Source: Candidatus Moraniibacteriota bacterium
GTDB taxonomy: Bacteria; Patescibacteriota; Minisyncoccia; Moranbacterales; UBA2206
Length of the DNA: 64,000 bases
Direction of reading: 5' to 3'
Assembly (NCBI GenBank): GCA_049303795.1
Contig: JBAQNM010000007.1
Span: 13,665-77,664, forward strand
Made by a program: the position numbers and the translations under genes. A model generated the notes under the pieces. That model ran no database searches. It had not been told where the DNA came from and saw nothing but the letters and a program-made list of their open reading frames with translations. Positions 9,819 to 19,047 of this stretch are shown one piece after another. The stretch's first letter is position 1, and every line of letters starts with the position of its first letter.

Positions 9819-10504
9819 TATTTTAGTTCCATTTTGGTCGTATCAACATAACCCATCGTATCGAAAATGGTCGGGTTGTACGAGTTAAATAGTAATTCAA
9901 TTAATTCGTTAGTCTTAAGAGGTGCAATTTTTAATCCGATACCTGAAAGTCCGGCGATAATATGATCAACTCTTTGATAAAGTGGAGCTTTGTATGTTTC
10001 AAATGTTTCTCTTTTTTCCAGAATATTTTCTTTAGGATTAATCATGTTCTTGATGTTGCTAAAAAACCCTTTTTCAGTGCTTTCAACGGGAGAAAACGGC
10101 ACAACCATATAGAAAGTTTTTTCCATGATATCAGAGAGTGAAACAAGTTGCTTAATAAAATCTTTGTATTCTGAAATTTGCAGTCGCATTAGCTCTGTTT
10201 TTTGAGTTTTCTCTTTTTCGGTTATATATTCCATGTAGGTATCAATATTCAATCGGCGTGAATTTATGAGAATTTGCAGTGGAAAGTCAACAGAGTTGAG
10301 AAAATTTTGATATTGCATGATAATTGCTTCTTGTTCATCAGAGGCCTTGAGATCGAAGTTGATAGAAGACACCTCTAAAACAGCTCGCAGTGAGCCATTT
10401 TTAAGAACAATAACATCTTCTTTAACTTCTTCTACCACGAGATATTTTTGAGTAGGAGAGGCGACTGGTTGCTTGGCTAATTTTGAAGAAAATAGAGTTT
10501 CCAT
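9818..10504 (-). CDS. VirB4 N-terminal domain encoded as a separate ORF (split virB4)
   Basis: 228-aa ORF whose TAA stop overlaps the ATG of the ATPase ORF (TAATG on the coding strand). NGSLRAVLEVSSINFDLKASDEQEAI...FLNSVDFPLQI resembles the N-terminal domain of Gram-positive VirB4 homologs. Confidence 0.5.
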   Translation of the reverse strand: METLFSSKLAKQPVASPTQKYLVVEEVKEDVIVLKNGSLRAVLEVSSINFDLKASDEQEAIIMQYQNFLNSVDFPLQILINSRRLNIDTYMEYITEKEKTQKTELMRLQISEYKDFIKQLVSLSDIMEKTFYMVVPFSPVESTEKGFFSNIKNMINPKENILEKRETFETYKAPLYQRVDHIIAGLSGIGLKIAPLKTNELIELLFNSYNPTIFDTMGYVDTTKMELK

Positions 10505-10531
10505 TGTGATTTTATATTGATATTTTAAATT

Positions 10532-10936
10532 TTATCTTTTTTGTGTATCTAATATGCGTGATAGATCTTTTGCTCTTTCAGAATCAAATACTTTTTTTGC
10601 AGGACTTTTAGTCTGTATTTTTTGAGTAGCAACTGTTGGGTGGTATTCTTTTCTTTCAGCTACTCTGTGCCATACATATAATTTTGGTCGTTTAATGAAA
10701 AGAATCGATGAGCTGACAAGTTTTATTAGGGGTTGGTTGTAGGGTCGATAGAAAGCTAGGGCTCCAAAAATAACAGCGATTATAGCGGCAGAAAGAAAAA
10801 AAGTGGCCTTATCAAGTGTGCTATAAGCAATGAGAAGTATGACGCCACCAATTGCCAGCCAGCCAAGCTGTTTAGCGGTTAGTGGGCCAACGAGCTTATC
10901 TTCAATATCAATAAATTGAGGAATGTTAAAAATCAT
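10532..10936 (-). CDS. PrgI/VirB3-like small membrane protein
   Basis: 134 aa. IPQFIDIEDKLVGPLTAKQLGWLAIGGVILLIAY is followed by two TM helices. It sits immediately upstream of VirB4, as PrgI/VirB3 does in Gram-positive T4SS. Confidence 0.55.
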   Translation of the reverse strand: MIFNIPQFIDIEDKLVGPLTAKQLGWLAIGGVILLIAYSTLDKATFFLSAAIIAVIFGALAFYRPYNQPLIKLVSSSILFIKRPKLYVWHRVAERKEYHPTVATQKIQTKSPAKKVFDSERAKDLSRILDTQKR

Positions 10937-10949
10937 TTCTTTGTTTTTT

Positions 10950-12047
10950 TTATTTCTCTTTCAAGTTTATCACATTCTTTAAAATTTGTCTTGGTGTTGT
11001 GATGTTTGTGTTAGTTTGTTTCTGTGTGGTGGGAAGATTTTGATTAATATTTCGCGCCGAGGAAAGGATATTTTTTTCAGTTGAGAATGTTTGCGGTGAA
11101 GAAAAATGAATTCTACTTAGAGTAGGCTCTGTTGGTGTGCTTTCCAGTTTTTCTTTTTGTGGTAGGTCCTTGCGCCAAGCGCTGAGGCGATCGCTGTCAG
11201 ATTGAAAAGTGGCTGAATCATTTTTTGACACTTGAGCAGCTTCCAAATTAGTGTTGTATATGGTATTTGGGGTGGCTAGCGGTCTAGTTGCTCGTGGACG
11301 TTCCATTTGTTTTTCTAATACTGGTGGAAAGATGATCTGATAAATTTTATTGTTTATTGTGAGTAGGGTTTTTTCTTCGAAGGATTTTAGGATAAGAGCT
11401 AGTTTTTCCCGATCTTGGCTAGAAAGTTGTCGAGCATTCGCATTTTTGAATAAATAATTTCCCCGAACAATTGAATCGCGATTAGAAACACCAATATTAA
11501 AAGTGTAATCAGAGAGCCAATTTTTAATGGATGGTCGGACTAAATTAGGTGTGGTTGCAAGTTTAATTTGGTCAGAAGTGATTAATTGTTCAGCAATCTC
11601 AGGATATTTTTCCAGGGCATCTTCCAGTGACAATTTTTCTGTTTGAGCTTGGTAGGCTTTTTCTTGCGAGTCATCCCTGATTATTCTATTGAGAATTATT
11701 TGTGAAATTTCTTGGGCAATATCGGTGCTAATATTTATTTCTTTAGAGAAAATCAAAGGAAATTGTTCAAATTTAACTTCTCCAAAATAATAACCGCGAA
11801 TAGCTCTAGCGATAGTGGCTAGTTGGATGTAAGTTAGTCCGTATTTTTTTCCAATTTCTTGAATTTTTTCAGAAGACAGAAGTTTATCTTTAATTGGTTC
11901 TGGCAATAATAAAAACTTTCCTTGCCTTTCTTTTATATTTTCAACAGTTTCATCATCAGGATTTAGGGTTGTAAAAACAGCATAAGGGGTTACGCAGATA
12001 TATTTTTGCGCATCCGGTTTTAGTTTGGAAAATGGTATTTCTAACAT
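10950..12047 (-). CDS. Hypothetical protein, paralog A of a tandem pair
   Basis: 365-aa soluble ORF. It shares an N-terminal region (DPDDET..IKE+Q.KFL.LPE) and an internal block (NWLSDYTFNIG.SN..S..RG.YLFKN) with the adjacent ORF 12080..13435. Confidence 0.5.
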   Translation of the reverse strand: MLEIPFSKLKPDAQKYICVTPYAVFTTLNPDDETVENIKERQGKFLLLPEPIKDKLLSSEKIQEIGKKYGLTYIQLATIARAIRGYYFGEVKFEQFPLIFSKEINISTDIAQEISQIILNRIIRDDSQEKAYQAQTEKLSLEDALEKYPEIAEQLITSDQIKLATTPNLVRPSIKNWLSDYTFNIGVSNRDSIVRGNYLFKNANARQLSSQDREKLALILKSFEEKTLLTINNKIYQIIFPPVLEKQMERPRATRPLATPNTIYNTNLEAAQVSKNDSATFQSDSDRLSAWRKDLPQKEKLESTPTEPTLSRIHFSSPQTFSTEKNILSSARNINQNLPTTQKQTNTNITTPRQILKNVINLKEK

Positions 12048-12079
12048 AGTATAAATAATATTAGTTAATTTCGAGTGCT

Positions 12080-13435
12080 TTATAGGATCGCAGCAGCTCT
12101 CAGAGCCACAATGTTATCTCCATTAAGATTTTTTTTAATTTCAGTTCTTTCTTCAGGGGCAAAACTATAAAACCGTTTTTCGATAGCGTCACGAATTATT
12201 TTCTGTTTTTCATTTACTGGCGCTTCTTCTCTGCAATAAGAAGAGAGCGTATCGTGCCAATCTTGCTTGGTCCAATGAGCTGTGTCAAGATGGGTATAGG
12301 CATTTTCAACAATATATCTTTCTGTATCACTTAGTGTTGATAAGTTTTGCTCTTCTTTGATTTTTGCAATTTCTTCTGGAGTATTGAATTTGTGATAGAT
12401 AAGGATATCTGTTCGATTTTTTTGAATAATATTATTAATTGCCTTTTGTGAATTGATGTCTTTATTATGCATTAAAAAGGCAGTGTATATTTCCAGGGTT
12501 ATCTCATTTTTTTCAGCTAGAATATAGGCAGCAGCAGCATCTCCCTTTTCTGCTTTATCAATAAGTTCACTAGTTGGAAGATTTCTTTCTTTATATTCAT
12601 TAGCGATCTTTTTCAATGCATTGGCATCTTTCAAAAAATTATGCAGAATAATTTCAGAAACAGTTGATTGGGAAAGTTTTTTTTGCGAAATATCAAGTGG
12701 ATTTGCGAAGATGATTTGTTTTTTTTCTGTGTCTATTGTGAGCAAGGTTTTTTCTTCAAAGGATTTTAGGATAGAAGAAAGCCTTTCGCGATCTTGATTG
12801 GAAAGTTGATGACAGTTTTTATTTTTAAAAAGATAATCTCCCCGAATGGCAGAATTATGATTGGAAATGCCAATATTGAAAGTATAATCAGAGAGCCAAT
12901 TTTTGATAGTTGGTTTGGCGAGACTGGAATTCAGAGAGAGTGTTATAGGGGAGGCTGTTATTTGTTGTTTTTCAATTTCAGGATATTTTTCTAGTGCTTC
13001 AATAATATTTAATTCTTCTTTTTGTTTTAGAATTGCTTTTTCTTGAGAGTTGTCATTAATTATTTTGGTAATAATTATTTGTGAAATTTCTTCGGCTAAT
13101 TCCAGATCAATATTCATCTCCTCAGAAAGAATTGAGGATATTTCCTCTAGTTTGATTTTGTCAAAATAATAAAAAAGGATAGCGCGGGATATGTCAGCTA
13201 GTTGCAAAAGTTCCAGGTGGTATTTTTTTCCAATTTCTTGAATTATTTCAGCTGTTTGCGGAGAAACAAGTTTGTTTTTTGCTGATTCTGGTAATTTCAG
13301 GAATTTTTCTTGTTTTTCTTTTATTTGGTCAAAAGTTTCATCATCAGGATCTTTTGTCATTGAAACATCAAAAGGAGAAGTGCATCTCGCCATTAATAAA
13401 TCTCTATTTAACTGAGAAGATAATATTTTCAACAT
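12080..13435 (-). CDS. Hypothetical protein, paralog B of a tandem pair, with a C-terminal GDAAAAY-motif extension
   Basis: 451-aa ORF paralogous to 10950..12047. Its C-terminal extension contains KGDAAAAYILAEKNEITLEIYTAF, which recurs in the cytoplasmic tail of the VirB6-like ORF. Confidence 0.5.
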   Translation of the reverse strand: MLKILSSQLNRDLLMARCTSPFDVSMTKDPDDETFDQIKEKQEKFLKLPESAKNKLVSPQTAEIIQEIGKKYHLELLQLADISRAILFYYFDKIKLEEISSILSEEMNIDLELAEEISQIIITKIINDNSQEKAILKQKEELNIIEALEKYPEIEKQQITASPITLSLNSSLAKPTIKNWLSDYTFNIGISNHNSAIRGDYLFKNKNCHQLSNQDRERLSSILKSFEEKTLLTIDTEKKQIIFANPLDISQKKLSQSTVSEIILHNFLKDANALKKIANEYKERNLPTSELIDKAEKGDAAAAYILAEKNEITLEIYTAFLMHNKDINSQKAINNIIQKNRTDILIYHKFNTPEEIAKIKEEQNLSTLSDTERYIVENAYTHLDTAHWTKQDWHDTLSSYCREEAPVNEKQKIIRDAIEKRFYSFAPEERTEIKKNLNGDNIVALRAAAIL

Positions 13436-13450
13436 GACTTTTTTGACTTG

Positions 13451-15304
13451 TTACACAACTACACCCCCAGTGTTAGATCTTAAAGCGGCGGCATTGTTAG
13501 GGGTTAGTCTCTTTCGAACTTCATCTTTAGCTTGTCTTGGCATGCCATTCCAAGCGGTAATTGTGGCATTTATAATTCTAGCCCTTTCTGTGGTTTTCTT
13601 GTTGAATTCAGCTGTTTGTGCAGGTGTTGCACCTACTGGTAGTCCTGGTATGGGTTGTGTTATTGATGTCCAATCTTGATCATTCCATTTTTCAGCTGCA
13701 ATACTACCCATTTGTTGATTTGCAATGTATTGAGCTGTATCAATTGGTGCGTTGCCTGCAGCAACGGCTGCAGCACTAGCAGCGCTTGCGTTGGCTTGTG
13801 TTTGACGATTTCCAAGCTCATCTGGATCATTTGATTTATCAATTGCAACTAAATCATTTCTGCTTTGCTTAACCTTACTATTAATAGCTTTTCTAAGTTT
13901 TCCATCTTTATCTTCACCTTTAGCTTTAATTTTAGCTGTGAATGCAGAATAAGTAGCTTGATCCATGCTTTTATCTTCAGACAATCGATAAGCAGCAGCA
14001 GCATCTCCATTTGCAGCTCTTGATTTGAGTTCAACCTCTTCAAGTCCTTGCTTTTTATATTCCTCAGATTGTTTTTTCATGGCAGCCTCTTCAGCTCCCT
14101 TAACACCAAATTGTGCAGCCCTCCTCGCCGCTCTTGCATCAACATTTCTCTTTGAAATAGGACTATTATCACGCATTTGTTGCAACCTAGCTTGCACTCC
14201 ACCTGTAATTCCAGTTTGCTTTGAAACAAAACCAGCAGCGCCACCTAGTGGATTCTTTGCTAACCATTTTCCAGCTTTTATTCCACCATTCACAACCGCA
14301 TTGGCTCCAGCCAGACCAGATTTTTGCGCTTCAATAATTCCCAACCAAAGGACGATGACTGGCATTGAGAAAAAAGCTGCCTTCACAAGAAGATCTTGAA
14401 GAGGATTAGCAATTGTTGTTCCAGTTACTTGTGTTCCAGCTACGGTTTTTAATGTTCCAGATTGAAGGCTTATAACAGCAATCATTAATGAGTTAGCGAC
14501 AAAAAGCATAAATACCATAATTGGTCCGGAAAAACAATGCTTCATGAAGGTTGTCCACCATTCACTGCCGGAGCTGGCCAATTTTGTGCCAGGCAGAATT
14601 GAGCCAACAAAAGCAATCGGGGAAAACATAATATAGATTGCCAAAGTGACAGTTCTAATAACAAGCAGAACGGCTATAATAAGCAGTGTCATGCCAAAAA
14701 TGAAAGTAAAAATGATGGCAAAAAATAAAAAAACAAGTGATGGATCTTGGGTTGTTGAAAAGCTTGTTACCCCACTTCTATCAATAATAGAAACAAAGGA
14801 CGTGTTGCCTCCTAAGCCTTGCAAAAGACTGTACATGATAACATTAGAAACATCAACAATAAATCGCGCAATTGGGTAGCTGAAATTGACCAAGAGTGCC
14901 ATTATGATCAGATTTTGTAAAACTGCTTTATAGTTATATTTACTTACCTGGAAAACAGTGGCAAAAGCGGAAAAAAGCAAAACCATTATAAAAGCAATAT
15001 TAAAAACATCCCGAACTGCACGCCATGTTTCATAGACTGCGGCATTATTAATAATAGCTGTCATAACTTGAGGATCAACAATCCATTGAAAAATTACTTC
15101 AGCCATAGAAAGAAGGATTAAGACAGCATCTAGTATGAGCTGAAGAATTCCTTGTACAAGACCTTGTCCCCAAAAAGCGTTTGCTCCGTTAGAATAAAAA
15201 AAGACAAAAAATAAAACCAAAAAACCGACTGCCAGTAAGCTTTTTTTAGGATTATTTTTTTTGGTTAAGGCGACTTTTTGTTTTAATTTTGATAAAATTG
15301 ACAT
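13451..15304 (-). CDS. VirB6/TrbL-like polytopic membrane protein with a hydrophilic C-terminal tail
   Basis: 617 aa. It has an N-terminal signal/TM segment, multiple TM helices over about 350 aa, and then a charged C-terminal tail. Its position upstream of the PrgI-like and VirB4 ORFs matches Gram-positive T4SS organisation. Confidence 0.5.
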   Translation of the reverse strand: MSILSKLKQKVALTKKNNPKKSLLAVGFLVLFFVFFYSNGANAFWGQGLVQGILQLILDAVLILLSMAEVIFQWIVDPQVMTAIINNAAVYETWRAVRDVFNIAFIMVLLFSAFATVFQVSKYNYKAVLQNLIIMALLVNFSYPIARFIVDVSNVIMYSLLQGLGGNTSFVSIIDRSGVTSFSTTQDPSLVFLFFAIIFTFIFGMTLLIIAVLLVIRTVTLAIYIMFSPIAFVGSILPGTKLASSGSEWWTTFMKHCFSGPIMVFMLFVANSLMIAVISLQSGTLKTVAGTQVTGTTIANPLQDLLVKAAFFSMPVIVLWLGIIEAQKSGLAGANAVVNGGIKAGKWLAKNPLGGAAGFVSKQTGITGGVQARLQQMRDNSPISKRNVDARAARRAAQFGVKGAEEAAMKKQSEEYKKQGLEEVELKSRAANGDAAAAYRLSEDKSMDQATYSAFTAKIKAKGEDKDGKLRKAINSKVKQSRNDLVAIDKSNDPDELGNRQTQANASAASAAAVAAGNAPIDTAQYIANQQMGSIAAEKWNDQDWTSITQPIPGLPVGATPAQTAEFNKKTTERARIINATITAWNGMPRQAKDEVRKRLTPNNAAALRSNTGGVVV

Positions 15305-15410
15305 AATACTTTTTTAGGACCTAGATAAAATATAACTTGATAGAGTTGCCTCGTGTGATTATGCGTAGTAATTTTTAATTTGAAAATTTTTCCAGTAATG
15401 AATCTGATTT

Positions 15411-16226
15411 TTAATTAGTGATTTTTGTTAATACTTTTTCACTAGCTTTTCTGAGGGCTCTTGTTACAGCCATATTGACAACGGCAGCAGTCAACTCAAC
15501 TACGTTTGCAGCATTGATGATTGAATCGGTGTTGATATTTTCAAGACGAGACTGGCTTTCTTTATATAGGATTCCAGGTCTTCCATCTTTGCTATCATAT
15601 CCTTGATTAGCAATGGCCATTGCGGTTGAAGAATCCTTTTTGTTTTGGTAGTATTGTTCGCGTGCTTCACTGGCGCGCATTTTTACAGCTGCAGCATTAT
15701 TACCATCCAATACGAAACGATTCAATTCAGAAAGATTCCCCGCTGCTAGGATTTCATCAGGATTACCAGAATAGGTTGATTTCCATTGTGGAATACCGCT
15801 ATTATCAACATCCTTATCATCAATAGCAACTTCGTTACTGATAATTTCTTGCATCGCCTTTGCATAGTCGGTGTTTATTCCTCTGTAGGCGGTTTTAATG
15901 TAGGAATTGATAAATTTATCAGCTCTTTTTTCGGGGCCTTTGATGATGTAATCTTGCCAATCAGTGATTATTCTTGCTGAATTTTCAACCATACCCAACT
16001 GAGTTAATAATAAGATGGGAAGTTGTTTTTGCAGGCCCTGAACAATTCCTTTGACTGTATAGGAAAGCTCTTCCATGGCTTGTTTTTCTATTTCAGCAGC
16101 TAGTGCGTCCCATGCCTTGGCGGAGTTTGTTTTTATTGGTGAAAATGAAATTAGGCAAACAGCAAAAAAAACAAAAAATAATTTTTGAAGAGAAAAAAAG
16201 TTAGTTGATTTTTTTTTATTATTCAT
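15411..16226 (-). CDS. Secreted hypothetical protein
   Basis: 271-aa ORF with an N-terminal signal-like hydrophobic segment and no recognisable motif. Confidence 0.4.
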   Translation of the reverse strand: MNNKKKSTNFFSLQKLFFVFFAVCLISFSPIKTNSAKAWDALAAEIEKQAMEELSYTVKGIVQGLQKQLPILLLTQLGMVENSARIITDWQDYIIKGPEKRADKFINSYIKTAYRGINTDYAKAMQEIISNEVAIDDKDVDNSGIPQWKSTYSGNPDEILAAGNLSELNRFVLDGNNAAAVKMRASEAREQYYQNKKDSSTAMAIANQGYDSKDGRPGILYKESQSRLENINTDSIINAANVVELTAAVVNMAVTRALRKASEKVLTKITN

Positions 16227-17307
16227 TTGTTTGATCTTCTGTTGTTAGTAGTGGCTCCAAAGGTAACTCATCAAGACTGTCTGGCGCTTCAATCCCGTAA
16301 CTTTCTATACCTTTTTCAAGATTTTCATCATAAATTAGACCATATTCAGAAATTTTTATTTGGGCTTCTGCAGCAAAACTATCAGCAGCTGAAATTATAT
16401 TTTGTATTTTTGATAAATTAACGAGATTTCCCATCGGATCATCTTCTTTTTGTTGGAAGGAGTTTAGTACTTGCTGAGAATATAGATTAAGAGAAAGTCC
16501 TTTACTGTGAACGTCAACCAAATCTTCTGGTACCTCAAGCTCATTGATTTGTTCAGTAATCTTTTTTTGACTGGCTTGCAAGCCTGCTAATTTTGATGTA
16601 TCACCAGTAGAGATTGCTGAGGTGACGGTGCCTAATGTGCTGGAAATTACACCGGTGCCTTCAGTCATGGATGTGACTGGTGTTGGAGAATTGCTGGAAC
16701 AGATATAGGCAAGGGATAATAGATATTTAGTAAAATCCTCTTTTTTCTTTTCTTTAGCCTCTTTTTCACTTAATTTTGAATAGTCTTGTTTTTTAATTTT
16801 AAGATCTTCTTTTTTTACAACCGGCATGAGATCTTCTTCGGCTGTATCGCTATCCATCGTTTGATTTATTAATTCTTGCATATCAGTAATGGAAACAGTT
16901 TTTTCAGCATCTCCAGAATTTGTTAGTTCCGAAATTTTTTCAGCTATGGATTTGGTGAGATTTTCTTCTCCTGATGACACTCCAAGCACACTAACAGCTT
17001 TCAGGCCGGATGCGCTTAGTGCTTCAGCTGTATCAGTTATAATTTTATCACCCGGAGCGGGTTTTTTAGGATCATAACCACTACGCACTTCAGTGCCATC
17101 AGAATAGCTATCTCCATCCGTATCTTGATTTTTTGGATCAGTTCCATACATTTTTTCTTCTTCATCAGTGAGGCCATCCTGATCAATATCGAGAAAGACA
17201 TTACTTGTGTTTCCGGTTTTATTTTCAGCGCCAACATAAAAACTAAAACTTAGAAAAATTAAGCAAAATAAAATCAGAAAAGAATGATTGATATTTTTTA
17301 TTTTCAT
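16219..17307 (-). CDS. Secreted protein with thrombospondin type-3-like calcium-binding Asp repeats
   Basis: Signal peptide followed by DIDQDGLTDEEE...DPKNQDTDGDSYSDGTE (DxDxDG repeats). There is a second Asp-rich block at the C-terminus. Confidence 0.5.
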   Translation of the reverse strand: MKIKNINHSFLILFCLIFLSFSFYVGAENKTGNTSNVFLDIDQDGLTDEEEKMYGTDPKNQDTDGDSYSDGTEVRSGYDPKKPAPGDKIITDTAEALSASGLKAVSVLGVSSGEENLTKSIAEKISELTNSGDAEKTVSITDMQELINQTMDSDTAEEDLMPVVKKEDLKIKKQDYSKLSEKEAKEKKKEDFTKYLLSLAYICSSNSPTPVTSMTEGTGVISSTLGTVTSAISTGDTSKLAGLQASQKKITEQINELEVPEDLVDVHSKGLSLNLYSQQVLNSFQQKEDDPMGNLVNLSKIQNIISAADSFAAEAQIKISEYGLIYDENLEKGIESYGIEAPDSLDELPLEPLLTTEDQTNE

Positions 17308-17394
17308 ATAGTCAGATTATAGCACAAATGTTGTTAGGTTGTGAAGGGGAAAAATGAAATTGCCTAAAAATAAAAATAATGCTAATTTGAGTTC

Positions 17395-19047
17395 ATGATT
17401 ATAGAAAAAATAATAGGAAAAATTGAAGATAAAATAACGATACTTCTAGAGGGTAAAATTAGCATCATAGAAGGACTTTTGGCCTTTTCTCTGATTATTT
17501 CTTTGCGCGTATTTATTGAATTTTTTTTAGCCTCAAAAGCTTTGTCAGCCGAGTTGATTATTATCGAGTATTTACACAATTTTCTTTTTTTTGCATTAGC
17601 GACAATTTTACTTTGGTTTAATCTTAGTTTTTTTCTTAAAATTAATCCAAAAAAAATTGCTCGATTTTTTTTATGGATTTCATGGGGAATTCTTTTTTCT
17701 CCACTTCTGGATATGATTAAAACCGGTGGTGAAGTATATTGGAGTTTTTATGTTATTGGTGGTCCAAAGTTTCTTTTTTCTCAATACATATCATTTTTCG
17801 CCGGTCTTCCATCCGGGATTGTTTATTTTGGAACTAAAATAGTTTTTCTTTCCAGTATTATCCTTTCCGGATTGGTAGTGCTAATAAAAACAAAAAATAT
17901 AGTTAAGTCAATTTTTAGCGCATTACTAGCTTATACAGTTTTATTTATAATTGGTTCTGCGCCATCGGTGGCTGCAATATTATATTATTTTTTTGTAAAA
18001 GGAAAGGATTTTTTGATTGATATGCAATCAGTGCATGTTATTCAGGTTTTAGCTGTGCCCGTGCCGATTTTTGGAGTTAAGTTGGGAAATTTAGCTTATG
18101 CATTACCCTATAATCTGGAATTTATTTTATATCCATTATTTCTAGGTCTGTTGTTTGTATTATTTTTAATTATTGATAAGAAAAAAGTCTTATTTCTATT
18201 GAAAAATTCTCGGCTTCCTCAGCTAATTTATCATAGTGGGTTGTTTTTTATTGGCCTAGGTCTTGGCGCTTGGTTTTATCGAGAAAATTTTAGTATGAAC
18301 GTCTTTGCTATATTTGCTGCTTTGGATTTATTGATATGCATTTGGTTGGCATGGCTGGCCTCAGTTGTGGTTAATGATATTTATGATTTTTCACTTGACT
18401 TAGTTTCTAATCCAGAAAGACCTTTACAATGTCAAGAAATCAGCAAAAAGGAATATTGCGAAATTGGCTGGCTCTTGTTTTATTTTTCATTATTTGGTGG
18501 TTTATTAGTGAGTTTTAAATTTTTTGGATTGTTATTGGTTTATCAATTAATAGCTTGGGCATATTCTGCTTCTCCATATAGATTAAAGCGTTTTCCAATA
18601 GTAGCTTCTTTTGTAAGTGCCATGGCTTCACTCGTAGTGTTTTTCATGGGTTTTGTTCTAATTTCTGGTGATCAAAATATTCAAGGTTTGCCTTGGAGAG
18701 TTATTTTGCTTTTAATTATTTCCTATACGCTTTCTTTGCCGATAAAAGATTTTAAGGATATCGCTGGAGATGAAAAAGATGGAATTAGAACGATTCCTGT
18801 AATTTTTGGAGAAGAAAAGGGAAGAATAGTTGTTGGTTCTGGCATTTTTATTTCTTTTGTGTTGAGCGTGTTTCTCCTTAACGAAAGAACTCTTTTTTTC
18901 TGGGCGCTTCTTTTTGGTGGACTTTCCTATTTTGTTGTTTCCAATAAAAAAATCCACCCAAGAAAAATCTTTTGGTGGCTTTTACCGATTATTATCGCTT
19001 ACGGGTTGATTTTAGTTAAAACTATATTTGGTAGGGTTATTTTTTAA
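17395..19047 (+). CDS. UbiA-family prenyltransferase with an additional N-terminal membrane domain
   Basis: 550 aa. The C-terminal half carries the two Asp-rich UbiA motifs VNDIYDFSLD and KDFKDIAGDEKDG. There are about 8 extra TM helices N-terminally. Confidence 0.65.
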   Translation: MIIEKIIGKIEDKITILLEGKISIIEGLLAFSLIISLRVFIEFFLASKALSAELIIIEYLHNFLFFALATILLWFNLSFFLKINPKKIARFFLWISWGILFSPLLDMIKTGGEVYWSFYVIGGPKFLFSQYISFFAGLPSGIVYFGTKIVFLSSIILSGLVVLIKTKNIVKSIFSALLAYTVLFIIGSAPSVAAILYYFFVKGKDFLIDMQSVHVIQVLAVPVPIFGVKLGNLAYALPYNLEFILYPLFLGLLFVLFLIIDKKKVLFLLKNSRLPQLIYHSGLFFIGLGLGAWFYRENFSMNVFAIFAALDLLICIWLAWLASVVVNDIYDFSLDLVSNPERPLQCQEISKKEYCEIGWLLFYFSLFGGLLVSFKFFGLLLVYQLIAWAYSASPYRLKRFPIVASFVSAMASLVVFFMGFVLISGDQNIQGLPWRVILLLIISYTLSLPIKDFKDIAGDEKDGIRTIPVIFGEEKGRIVVGSGIFISFVLSVFLLNERTLFFWALLFGGLSYFVVSNKKIHPRKIFWWLLPIIIAYGLILVKTIFGRVIF

